Shown here: positions 29,966-38,563 of the stretch, in pieces | Position numbering within the stretch: the first letter of the stretch is position 1 | Layout of the letters: each line of letters opens with the position of its first letter | From: Candidatus Terraquivivens tengchongensis | Lineage (GTDB): Archaea > Thermoproteota > Nitrososphaeria_A > Caldarchaeales > Wolframiiraptoraceae | Length of the DNA: 64,000 nt | Direction of reading: 5' to 3' | NCBI GenBank assembly: GCA_023261845.1 | Contig: JALNJZ010000003.1 | Location: 79,383 to 143,382 of the forward strand | Notes under the pieces: generated by a model | Seen by the model: the letters and a program-made list of their open reading frames with translations, nothing else | What the model was told of the DNA's origin: nothing | Databases searched by the model: none | Program-made: the position numbers and the translations under genes

Positions 29966-30815
29966 CCCATGAATAGGCTTTCTTATTATTCGGTTTGGCT
30001 ATTATAAGTTCGCACCCTTTTTCACTTAACATATTAGCAACATCGCTTACCACATCTTTTTTACATACAGCGGCGATGGCAGGTCCAGTGCCGGATAGGC
30101 CGGCAGCTAAGGCTCCTGCTCTTATGGCATCCAAAGTCTTCTTCATGCTGTAGTTTAACGCTGCCGCATGAAGAATGCCGTTAAGTGTTAGGGCTCTCCA
30201 ATATTCCCCGTTCATGGACATCTTATACGCCTCCTCAACAAAGGATGCGATAGGCTTGAGTGCATTTTTATCGAAAAACTTAGTATAGCTTTTCAATTCT
30301 GGGACGAGCAAAACGACGACAAGGTCCTCTGGAGCTTCAACCCTCCTCATAAGCTGCCTCTTCAAGTTATCTGTGACGACTATACCGCCATAATAGCTAG
30401 CACATGCATCATCGTACGCGCCAGTTATAGTAACACCAGCTTCGATTGCGGCATCTACTGCTATGTTTAATATCTCAGCATCACTCAAGTTTAAGCCCGC
30501 AGCCCTTGCCGTAGCCAGAACTATGGCATTTGCGGCTGCGCTGGAACTCTTCAGTCCTCTACCGATAGGTATATTCGATCTTATTTCGACATAAGCCCCA
30601 CAATCCATCTGTGCTAGCTTCAAGATCTTTCTTACCGCCGCCTTTGCAAGTGTTGTATCCTCGTCTGGGTTTTCCTTTATCACCACGTCTATATCTCTGC
30701 CACCTATCTCCACCGTAGCCTCTGTGTAAAGGTCGATGCCCATTGCCGCTCCCTTACCGATTGATATAGCGTTAACGATCGTTATGGCACCGTGCGCCCT
30801 AGCAGTCGCCTTCAT
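29937..30815 (-). CDS. aroK: Archaeal (GHMP-type) shikimate kinase
   Basis: GAITIVNAI, IPIGRGLKSSSA, TGAYDDA, GLSGTGP; start ATG 30815 overlaps the aroE stop. Confidence 0.93.
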   Translation of the reverse strand: MKATARAHGAITIVNAISIGKGAAMGIDLYTEATVEIGGRDIDVVIKENPDEDTTLAKAAVRKILKLAQMDCGAYVEIRSNIPIGRGLKSSSAAANAIVLATARAAGLNLSDAEILNIAVDAAIEAGVTITGAYDDACASYYGGIVVTDNLKRQLMRRVEAPEDLVVVLLVPELKSYTKFFDKNALKPIASFVEEAYKMSMNGEYWRALTLNGILHAAALNYSMKKTLDAIRAGALAAGLSGTGPAIAAVCKKDVVSDVANMLSEKGCELIIAKPNNKKAYSWVGDSVAGLN

Positions 30816-31684
30816 ACAAAACGACCTATTGTCTTGATGGCAACACTCTTCATAACCTCTATCGGCGGCTCTAAAGACGTCCACAGCTTAAAGGACTCTG
30901 CAGCCTGAAAGACCAGCATGTCAAGCCCGGAGACACATGTAGCGCCCGCAAGCTTCGCCTCTTTCAGAAGCATAGTTTCGGGAGGATTGTATACCATATC
31001 CATCACGATAGAGCCGCTCGGTATCTGCTCCTTCCTAAGTAGCGAGTGCTCAATATTCGGCCACATGCCAACTGGTGTCGCGTTGATTATAACACTGCAA
31101 GCTTTAGCAATTGCGGGTAATTCGTTGATAGAAAGTCCCATACCTTTTGCAGAAATTTTAATTCTTCTTTTAAGGAAGTTCGCAAGTCTACGGGCCCTTG
31201 AAGGTGTACGACTAACAAATGTTATGCGATTACAACCAAGCCTGGCCAACGCTAGCGCAGCGGCAGAAGCGCCTCCGCCTGCACCAAGGATTAACGCTTC
31301 ATGACCGCTTATTGCATCTTTGTACGGCATGAGAGCATTCATTACGCCTGAAACGTCTGTGTTGTATCCAACCATTCTATCCTTCTCGATCACGACGGTA
31401 TTCACCGTCTTTATGATTTTAGCATCATCTGCAAGTTTATCCAAAAACCTCACGACCCTCTGTTTGTATGGTATCGTTACGTTAAAACCTGCCGCTCCTA
31501 GAGCCTTAAGGCCTCTGATCGCGTGTCCAAGTTCTTTTTCTTTTACATCAAATGCGATGTAGAAGTAATCAACGTTCATGTGATTAAAAGCAGCGTTGTG
31601 AATAGCTGGTGATATCGAATGCTTCACCGGTTGCCCGATGAGACCTACAAGTCTTTTGTTACCAGAGCGTGTTTGTGCTGACAT
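30812..31684 (-). CDS. aroE: Shikimate dehydrogenase
   Basis: HSISPAIHN, NVTIPYK, NTD, GAGG, NATPVGM, DMVYNP. Confidence 0.95.
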   Translation of the reverse strand: MSAQTRSGNKRLVGLIGQPVKHSISPAIHNAAFNHMNVDYFYIAFDVKEKELGHAIRGLKALGAAGFNVTIPYKQRVVRFLDKLADDAKIIKTVNTVVIEKDRMVGYNTDVSGVMNALMPYKDAISGHEALILGAGGGASAAALALARLGCNRITFVSRTPSRARRLANFLKRRIKISAKGMGLSINELPAIAKACSVIINATPVGMWPNIEHSLLRKEQIPSGSIVMDMVYNPPETMLLKEAKLAGATCVSGLDMLVFQAAESFKLWTSLEPPIEVMKSVAIKTIGRFV

Positions 31685-31690
31685 CTTAGA

Positions 31691-32392
31691 TCACTTTCCA
31701 CAGCAGCTCGATGAAAGCATACGGATTATTTCCTTCGCCTCAGTGATACTGAGTTGGCCGGGCGCCGTAGGTGCTCCGGGTAACGAGACGTACATGAAGG
31801 GCGCACCCAACATTACTGAGAGAAAACGCGACAAGATTCCTTCTACTCCCATGCAAAAGGCGATGAGCCTATGCTTATCATATGTATGATATAATGAGAG
31901 AATCCTGAGGTTATCGCTGAAGGACCTCGCCATGGTTACTACTTTTGTTATACTTCCAGATTTCATGGCTAAGTCGACTATCCTTCGTAGCTCATCGCTT
32001 TCCGGTGTCTTTTCAAAGTCGTGCCATGAAACTATCAAGGCCGTGCCCGTACCCATCAACTCTTTCGATAAATCTTGAAAAATGGGGGAACGAAGCTCTA
32101 TGTCAACGTACGCCGGACCTTCCCTACTCAGTCGCTTTAAAATCTTTACCCTTTCTTCTTCGTTACCCTCAAACAGTCCGTTCTCATAGCTCGGTCTGAG
32201 CGTCAACACCAATTTACCCATATAGGGTCTTAATGTCGAGCTTACAACGTTAACGTCCAACTCCTTCAAGTAATCAAGTCTAACCTCTACGATATCTGCA
32301 CCGCTGTTTATTGCTTTAACCACCGCATCTTTCAAGGATTGTATATCTCTCCCAAACGTCGATACGCATAGTTTGAACCGTTCCGTACTCAT
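31691..32392 (-). CDS. aroD: Type I 3-dehydroquinate dehydratase
   Basis: EVRLD, VSWHDFEKTP, FCMG…SR, APGQ. Confidence 0.93.
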   Translation of the reverse strand: MSTERFKLCVSTFGRDIQSLKDAVVKAINSGADIVEVRLDYLKELDVNVVSSTLRPYMGKLVLTLRPSYENGLFEGNEEERVKILKRLSREGPAYVDIELRSPIFQDLSKELMGTGTALIVSWHDFEKTPESDELRRIVDLAMKSGSITKVVTMARSFSDNLRILSLYHTYDKHRLIAFCMGVEGILSRFLSVMLGAPFMYVSLPGAPTAPGQLSITEAKEIIRMLSSSCCGK

Positions 32393-32430
32393 GAATATTA
32401 CTTCACCAGTTCTTATGGTTAATCGGCATT

Positions 32431-33489
32431 TTACCTCTCTACTATGAATTCGTCAACTGACACCCCAAAATGTCTGGCCTTCTCTTTACTTATGTGCGCC
32501 AATACTTTATCGCCCGGCTTAACCTCGGTTACCGAGATGGGCTTGCCATCTGGCCCTACGAGCCTTATGGTCTCAGCATTTTGCAAGATAACTGTCCCTT
32601 CTTCACCGTCAGCCTCTGCCTTGATGAGTCTCAGCGGCCTCCTTTCTATCTTCACCCTACCGACTGTTGTTGGTCTTGCTGAGCCTTGTGTATTAACCAC
32701 TAAAACTCTGTCACCTGCCCTTATCTCCGACAAATACTTAGTTCCACCAGTAGGGGTTAGAATGTAACTATGTATCGCACCCGCGTTTACTCTGAAGGGT
32801 CTTGGCTCCGTGAACGATGAACCTAAAGATTCGCTATGGATGAGAAACAGAAACCCTGCCTTACTTCCGACGAGCATCCCCTCCCCTATCGATAAAATAG
32901 AGACCGTATCAATACATGCCCTATCTCCTATCCCAACATCCTTAACATCCGTAATTTCGACTGGAGATAACTGAACCCTTGTGATGTAGCTGATCACTTC
33001 GAAGATTCTACCAACCTCCTCTTTGTTCCTTGGCTTGAATAAGACGGCGTCAACGCCCCTCTCTAGTATACCGTACATAATCTCAACCTCTTCTGGACTA
33101 CTAACCTTCGCAATGAGCTTCGTCGATGTTTTTTGCAGATACGCGATTATGTTCTCTAGTGGGATTATTTTCCAGTCCTTTGTGTCAACTATCAAGGCTT
33201 CAGCACCAAGCTTAGCCGCGGAGACTAACTTCTCTACGTCGCCATAGTTTAGCACGACGGCATGTACCGCAAACCTCTTCGCTTGCGGCACATCTTTACC
33301 AATAGGTACAACAAGAACGTCGCCGGCTGGCGAGTCTGAGTATATCGTAAGCCTTTGCCTAAACTCTAGTGGAACGTTAGCAGGGTCGCAGTAGTATGTG
33401 GTGATCCCTTTTGATAGGGCTTCCCTAAAGATTTCGTCGTTCCAGTCTCTTAAATCTATGCAGATCTCTTTTTTACTTAGCGGAAGCGT
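32431..33489 (-). CDS. aroB': 3-dehydroquinate synthase II (probable ACG start at 33489)
   Basis: DWKIIPLEN, GDRACID, RPFRVNAG, GRVKIERRP, ARHFG; frame stays open 66 codons upstream of the ORF-track GTG at 33291. Confidence 0.92.
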   Translation of the reverse strand, partial: TLPLSKKEICIDLRDWNDEIFREALSKGITTYYCDPANVPLEFRQRLTIYSDSPAGDVLVVPIGKDVPQAKRFAVHAVVLNYGDVEKLVSAAKLGAEALIVDTKDWKIIPLENIIAYLQKTSTKLIAKVSSPEEVEIMYGILERGVDAVLFKPRNKEEVGRIFEVISYITRVQLSPVEITDVKDVGIGDRACIDTVSILSIGEGMLVGSKAGFLFLIHSESLGSSFTEPRPFRVNAGAIHSYILTPTGGTKYLSEIRAGDRVLVVNTQGSARPTTVGRVKIERRPLRLIKAEADGEEGTVILQNAETIRLVGPDGKPISVTEVKPGDKVLAHISKEKARHFGVSVDEFIVER

Positions 33490-34270
33490 CTTTGAGCACC
33501 TCCAGAGCCTCTTTGACCGTGTAGTCTTCGATTATTATGGCCCTGAGCGCCCTAGTTATCGCGAATGGGTTATCGTGCTGGAACACGTTCCTGCCTATTG
33601 CCGCACCGATAGCTCCGGCATCCATCGCCTCCCTTACCATCTTCAAAACTTCTAAGTCGCTTTCCGCTTTCGGCCCACCGGCTATGACTATAGGGACGGG
33701 ACAACCATCCACGACCTTTCTAAATGTCTCTGGGCTGCCTATGTAGGGCGTCTTTACGATGTCTGCTCCAAGCTCAGCACCTATCCTCGCGACATGTGCG
33801 GCAACGTCGGGGTCGTTTGGATTCTTTATATTCTCACCCCTCGGATACATCATTGCTATGAACGGTACCTGCCATTCATCACACTCGTCAGCAAGCATTC
33901 CAAGCTTTCTCAACATCTTCGGCTCATCGCTGCATCCTATGTTGACATGAACGGAAACTGCGTCCGCCCCAAGCCTTAAAGCCTCTTCAACGCCCGAAAC
34001 TCTCACTTTGAGGTTAGGCGATGGTCCTAAAGATGTGCTCGCAGAAACGTGCATTATGGTACCAACGTTCAAAGGTTTGGGCATAACCCTCAGTATGCCT
34101 TTGTGTGTCAAAACGGCCGTGGCTCCTCCGAGGCTAACCTTTTCTATCGTATCAAATATCTTGTCCAAGCCTTTAACCGGACCTATAGTAACTCCGTGGT
34201 CCATCGGTATGCATAACATCCTTCCTTTTTCCGTTATCCTATTCAACCTGACCTGCTTTCCGAACACCAT
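33473..34270 (-). CDS. aroA': 2-amino-3,7-dideoxy-D-threo-hept-6-ulosonate synthase (DhnA-type aldolase)
   Basis: PMDHG, MMYPRG, GAELGADIVKT, AGGP, GRNVFQH; adjacent to aroB'. Confidence 0.92.
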   Translation of the reverse strand: MVFGKQVRLNRITEKGRMLCIPMDHGVTIGPVKGLDKIFDTIEKVSLGGATAVLTHKGILRVMPKPLNVGTIMHVSASTSLGPSPNLKVRVSGVEEALRLGADAVSVHVNIGCSDEPKMLRKLGMLADECDEWQVPFIAMMYPRGENIKNPNDPDVAAHVARIGAELGADIVKTPYIGSPETFRKVVDGCPVPIVIAGGPKAESDLEVLKMVREAMDAGAIGAAIGRNVFQHDNPFAITRALRAIIIEDYTVKEALEVLKDASAK

Positions 34271-34272
34271 GT

Positions 34273-35328
34273 CTACTCTATCCTCCCAGATGCATGTAGC
34301 AGCTCAGCCGTCAGTATCGCTATGCCGGCAGCACCCCTTATCGTGTTATGGCTAAGAACAAAGAACTTTAGAGCCCTCTCATCTTTTGCAGACCTTACCC
34401 TTCCAACGACCGCACTCATGCCTGGAACGCTTCCAGCATATATGTCGAGCCTTGGTTGTGGTCTATCTTCCTCCTCCATCACGATTATCGGTCTCTCAGG
34501 AGCTGTAGGTAGCGCCAGCCTCTGTGGAAGGCCTTTGAATTCCGCTAGCACCCTTTTCGCATCTTCTACGCTCACAACTTTCTCTGTCTCGATGTAGACG
34601 GATTCTAAGTGTCCATCTATCGTGGGAACTCTGGTACAACTAGCCTCGATGGCTATACGGGCTGACTCAATGGACCCGTCCTTAAACCTTCCCAGTATCT
34701 TCTGTGTTTCTTTTTCTACCTTTCCCTCCTCGCCTGATATGTACGGTATAACGTTCCCGAGTATAGAAAGCGAAGGTACGCCTGGGAAGCCCGCACCCGA
34801 GACTGCCTGCATCGTAGTTACCACGACCTTCTTGAGACAATAAGCATCGTGCAATGGTTTAAGGGGCATGACTAGACCTACGGTTGTGCAGTTGGGCGTG
34901 GTTACTATGTACCCATCCCACTTCCTATTCTTTTTCTGAACATCTATTAACTCGATGTGCTCCGGGTTTATCTCCGGCACGATGAGCGGTACGTCTTTCT
35001 CCATCCTATGAGCAGAAGCATCGCTTACAACTGGGAAGCCTTCTTGCGCAAAAAGTGGTTCTGACTCATGAGCAGCTTCAGTAGGTAGCGGGGAGAACGC
35101 CAAGTCTGCATCAACATATTTTGGCTCGTTCGGTACGACCTCCATATCCGCTACACTGGATGGAATATCGATCGGGTTCCCCCTCACTGCTTCTCCATAC
35201 TTCTTACCGACAGATTCCTTCCCCGTTAGGCATGAGAGTTTGAACCATGGATGTCTCGAGAGTATGCTTACGTATCGTTGGCCGACCATTCCAGTGGCTC
35301 CTAACACGGCAACTTTAATTTGTTTCAT
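34273..35328 (-). CDS. asd: Aspartate-semialdehyde dehydrogenase
   Basis: GATGMVGQ, PNCTT, QAVSGAG, HNTIRGAAG. Confidence 0.96.
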   Translation of the reverse strand: MKQIKVAVLGATGMVGQRYVSILSRHPWFKLSCLTGKESVGKKYGEAVRGNPIDIPSSVADMEVVPNEPKYVDADLAFSPLPTEAAHESEPLFAQEGFPVVSDASAHRMEKDVPLIVPEINPEHIELIDVQKKNRKWDGYIVTTPNCTTVGLVMPLKPLHDAYCLKKVVVTTMQAVSGAGFPGVPSLSILGNVIPYISGEEGKVEKETQKILGRFKDGSIESARIAIEASCTRVPTIDGHLESVYIETEKVVSVEDAKRVLAEFKGLPQRLALPTAPERPIIVMEEEDRPQPRLDIYAGSVPGMSAVVGRVRSAKDERALKFFVLSHNTIRGAAGIAILTAELLHASGRIE

Positions 35329-36538
35329 TCAATTCCACCTCCAGATTTGCTTTTACAAGAGAGGCAGCTTTCTCCGCGTCTTTTGCGGACACGAATATCC
35401 TGATTGACGAACTTATAGTTACCAAACCGTAGATATTTATGCCACGCTGTGCGAGCGGTGCTACGACTTTATATATCAAGCCCGGACTCGTTTCGAGCAT
35501 TCTACCGCTTACGCTTATAGCAGACAGCCCCTCGAAAAAGCTTATGGCCTTACCCATGCCCGATTCCACAACCTCCTTATGCAGCTCATCTATTAGCTTG
35601 GTGTCCAAGTCCGTGTAAATTATGATGGATTTTTCGCCGGTCGTTATATTGAGGATTTCACCGTTGTGCTTTTGAACAAACTCTACGACAGGTTTAACCA
35701 TGGACGCACCGTCCGAGTTTCTTGAGAGTATCGTTATCATGGTTACTTTAGCCGGGTGTCTGCTGACTTCGAGCTTTGGAAGTGTGCCAATTATGACTGT
35801 TCCCGACTTCCCTAGACCTTCCATGCTAGATATTCTTAACTTGAGGTCCCCTGACAGATACCTCAACGCTTTCGAGTGAATGATCTTTGCACCACCTTCT
35901 GTTAAAAGTTTGGCCTCATCTACGTCAAGCGTCTCTAGTATCTCGGCTTTGCTGACCTTATCCGGATCTCCCGAATATATGCCCTCAACATCTTTAATTA
36001 AGACAACTTCTGCAGCATTTAGACAGCTGCCGAGCAATATGGCGGTCGTGTCACTGCCACCCCTGCCCAGCGTAGTTATCTTACCCGAAGTACTAACACC
36101 AATATATCCGCATACAACAGGAACTTTGCCGGCCTCAATCAGTGGCAATAGTTTCTCTTTACATCTTTTCTCCGTCTCGTGATAGATGGGGTTTGCATCA
36201 AGATGTACATCGTCCGTTATTATAGGCCAGTACTCGTTAGATGGGTCCACCAAGACAGCGTCGACACCAAACCTATTCAACGCAGCCGTGAAAAGTCTCG
36301 CGCTTGTCCTTTCACCCATCGCCAAAATTTCGTCGAGCATGTCGGGTCGAATGTCCGGGTTAACATCTTTAGCTGTCTTCAACAGCTCATCAGTCATTCC
36401 CTTTAGCGCCGAGACCACTACTACCAGTCCGTATTCCTTCAGCAGGTCCTTCACCCAGGACGCTGCCCTTTCAAGGGCTCTAGAGTCTTGGAGGACAGAG
36501 CCACCAAGCTTTACGACCATTATATTTTTCATAGGCAC
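35315..36538 (-). CDS. lysC: Aspartate kinase (start 36538 GTG or 36532 ATG)
   Basis: VVKLGGS, TLGRGGSDTTA, KDVEGIYSGDP, C-terminal ACT-like domains; SD GGAGGGAGG at 36549-36541. Confidence 0.94.
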   Translation of the reverse strand: MPMKNIMVVKLGGSVLQDSRALERAASWVKDLLKEYGLVVVVSALKGMTDELLKTAKDVNPDIRPDMLDEILAMGERTSARLFTAALNRFGVDAVLVDPSNEYWPIITDDVHLDANPIYHETEKRCKEKLLPLIEAGKVPVVCGYIGVSTSGKITTLGRGGSDTTAILLGSCLNAAEVVLIKDVEGIYSGDPDKVSKAEILETLDVDEAKLLTEGGAKIIHSKALRYLSGDLKLRISSMEGLGKSGTVIIGTLPKLEVSRHPAKVTMITILSRNSDGASMVKPVVEFVQKHNGEILNITTGEKSIIIYTDLDTKLIDELHKEVVESGMGKAISFFEGLSAISVSGRMLETSPGLIYKVVAPLAQRGINIYGLVTISSSIRIFVSAKDAEKAASLVKANLEVELNETN

Positions 36539-36540
36539 GA

Positions 36541-36702
36541 CCTCCCTCCAAAGCTGTTAAAACACAGAAAGGAGAAGATGGCTTCAGAGAGAGGCGTCCG
36601 GCTCGCTATAGCGATAATAGCGGTAGCCGGTCGTGAGGAAAAGGCGATCCCTCACGTTCGCCGCCTCTCTTTAGTAATTTGCATTCACGTTGGTTATTTA
36701 AA
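36541..36702 (-). promoter_or_regulatory. Promoter and structured 5' leader of the lysC-asd-aro operon
   Basis: TTTAAATA at 36702-36695; three-way junction 36670-36588; pyrimidine-rich anti-SD segments. Confidence 0.65.
36584..36655 (-). CDS. Putative Tyr-rich leader peptide MRDRLFLTTGYRYYRYSEPDASL
   Basis: GTG start 5 nt after SD-like GAGGCGG; TAC CGC TAT TAT CGC TAT at 36625-36608; TGA at 36586-36584; lies between the TATA box and lysC. Confidence 0.65.
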   Translation of the reverse strand: MRDRLFLTTGYRYYRYSEPDASL

Positions 36703-36797
36703 CGTTTCGAACATACGGAAAATCCACGTCATTATAGCCATTATGTTGCCAGCTAAAACTTCTAAGCGTTTATATTTGAGGATACAACTAGGTGTAG

Positions 36798-37463
36798 TTG
36801 GTTTTAGAAAAGGAGGATCAGCTAGCGTCCATGTCTAAAGGTAAGACGGGAAATTATGCTTGTGTCGTCCTTGTAAACGGAAGGGGTTACATGGGCGACA
36901 AGAAAGGTTTGGTGAAGATAGCCGGGAGGCCCATGATCGAGTACGTCCTCGATAGCGTACCAGACGAGGTTACGGAATTGTTCGTATCGGTTGAGAACGA
37001 AATGCAGGCCGCAGCCTACGGGCCTATATGCGAGAAGTACTTTGCTTCACTCATGAGACTGGAGAAAACTCAGTACCTGAACGAACATGAAAAGATAAAA
37101 GAGGTTCTGGAGAACGTTCCGGGTTCTAATATACTCGTCCTTCCTTGCGATATGCCGTGTATCACGTTAGAATTTACTTACTTCTTATTAGAGGCCTCTA
37201 AGAAATTCACAGCAGTATTGCCTAGGATGCTGGATAATAACGTTGACTTCAGCTTAGCGTCCTATCAAGCCGAACCTTTTCTTGAGGCATTTAAAAAGTA
37301 TCCTGAAATGCGCCTACCTGAGCTCATTAAGAAACTTAGGAATGTGCTTTATGTATCAACTAATGCCCTAAGGATGTTTGACAGCAAGCTTAGTATTCTA
37401 TACAGGGTATCTTCTGCGGCGGACGTACCAAAAGTGGAGAACATACTCCGCAACAGGTTATAA
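36798..37463 (+). CDS. MobA-like NTP-transferase family protein (degenerate)
   Basis: MGDKKGLVKIAGRPMIEYV and VLPCDMP. Confidence 0.7.
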   Translation: MVLEKEDQLASMSKGKTGNYACVVLVNGRGYMGDKKGLVKIAGRPMIEYVLDSVPDEVTELFVSVENEMQAAAYGPICEKYFASLMRLEKTQYLNEHEKIKEVLENVPGSNILVLPCDMPCITLEFTYFLLEASKKFTAVLPRMLDNNVDFSLASYQAEPFLEAFKKYPEMRLPELIKKLRNVLYVSTNALRMFDSKLSILYRVSSAADVPKVENILRNRL

Positions 37464-37483
37464 GAGTTTTATGCGTTTAGGGC

Positions 37484-38536
37484 ATGTGCTGGAGTTGCGG
37501 TATGAAGGTAACCTATGGTAAGTTACCAAAAGAAGTGTTAGAAAAAACAGTCTTCAGGTGGCTAGGTGCGAGGAGAAAGGACGTCTTACTATGGCCGGCA
37601 TACGGTGAGGATGCTGCCGTCGTCAATGCACCCGAGAGGTGTCTGGTTGTAACATGCGACCCCATCACAGGTTCGAGGAAGTTAATCGGATGGTTGGCGG
37701 TTCACATAAATGCTAACGACGTAGCGGTTTGTGGTGCAAAGCCCGCTTGGTTCTCGTCTTGCATACTACTGCCCGAAGATGATGAAGCTCTTTTCGCATC
37801 CATAGTCAAGCAGATTCATAAGGCAGCATCAGAGCTTCATGTCTCCGTCATCACAGGCCACTCCGAGGTTGCGCTTTACGTATCCGAACCGATAATAATC
37901 GGCACGATGATAGGTGTGCTTGAAGGTAATAAATATTACAGGACCGGAGGCGCGAAGCCTGGCGATAAGATACTCATGACGAAGACTGCGGCCATAGAGG
38001 GAACGGCGATACTTGCGACGGACTTATCAGAAGTACTTAGCTCGAAGGTAGACAAACCTTTACTCAAAAGAGCCTCTGCTTTTTACAGGAAGATAAGTGT
38101 CGTAGATGAGGCTTTAAGGATAGCGTCAACGGGCCTTGCTACGGCGATGCACGACCCAACTGAAGGAGGCTTGTTGGGTGGGCTTTACGAAATGGCCGAA
38201 GCGTCCGGGACAGGGTTTGTTGTTTATGAGGACACGATACCGATTGCAAAGGAAACTAGGATAATTTGTGAGACACTCGGTTGCGACCCTTTAAAGCTGA
38301 TAAGCTCGGGCACACTAATAGCATCTGTTAGGGGCGATTATAAAAAGCTCATTACCGCTCTTAAAAGGGCGGGTGTAAAAGCTACGATTATAGGTGAAGT
38401 GGTGCCCAAAAAGAATGGAAGGAAATTGATAAGGTCTGAAGGCAACGTCGAGAACATAAAGTCGACAATTACGGACGAGTTATGGCGAATATTGTCAGAA
38501 TACCCTCCTTCAAGTACGAGTAGATTAGCCGTATGA
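37484..38536 (+). CDS. AIR synthase-related (PurM/HypE-like) protein
   Basis: GEDAAV, DPITG, NANDVA, GHSE, MHDPTEGG, LISSGTL. Confidence 0.87.
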   Translation: MCWSCGMKVTYGKLPKEVLEKTVFRWLGARRKDVLLWPAYGEDAAVVNAPERCLVVTCDPITGSRKLIGWLAVHINANDVAVCGAKPAWFSSCILLPEDDEALFASIVKQIHKAASELHVSVITGHSEVALYVSEPIIIGTMIGVLEGNKYYRTGGAKPGDKILMTKTAAIEGTAILATDLSEVLSSKVDKPLLKRASAFYRKISVVDEALRIASTGLATAMHDPTEGGLLGGLYEMAEASGTGFVVYEDTIPIAKETRIICETLGCDPLKLISSGTLIASVRGDYKKLITALKRAGVKATIIGEVVPKKNGRKLIRSEGNVENIKSTITDELWRILSEYPPSSTSRLAV

Positions 38537-38563
38537 AATAACAATAGTTTAAATATGCGGTAG

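Noticed and set aside
36588-36670. Lysine riboswitch or hammerhead ribozyme upstream of lysC
   Set aside because: Begins with AGAGGC but is far too short and lacks the five-way junction; no CTGANGA/GAAA hammerhead core.
36652-36684. Second uORF MQITKERRRT overlapping the leader GTG
   Set aside because: Its ATG is only about 10 nt from the TATA box, upstream of the expected transcription start (~36672).
36488-36838. 116-aa + strand ORF over the leader
   Set aside because: Antisense shadow of the leader and promoter; overlaps both neighbours; no protein motif.
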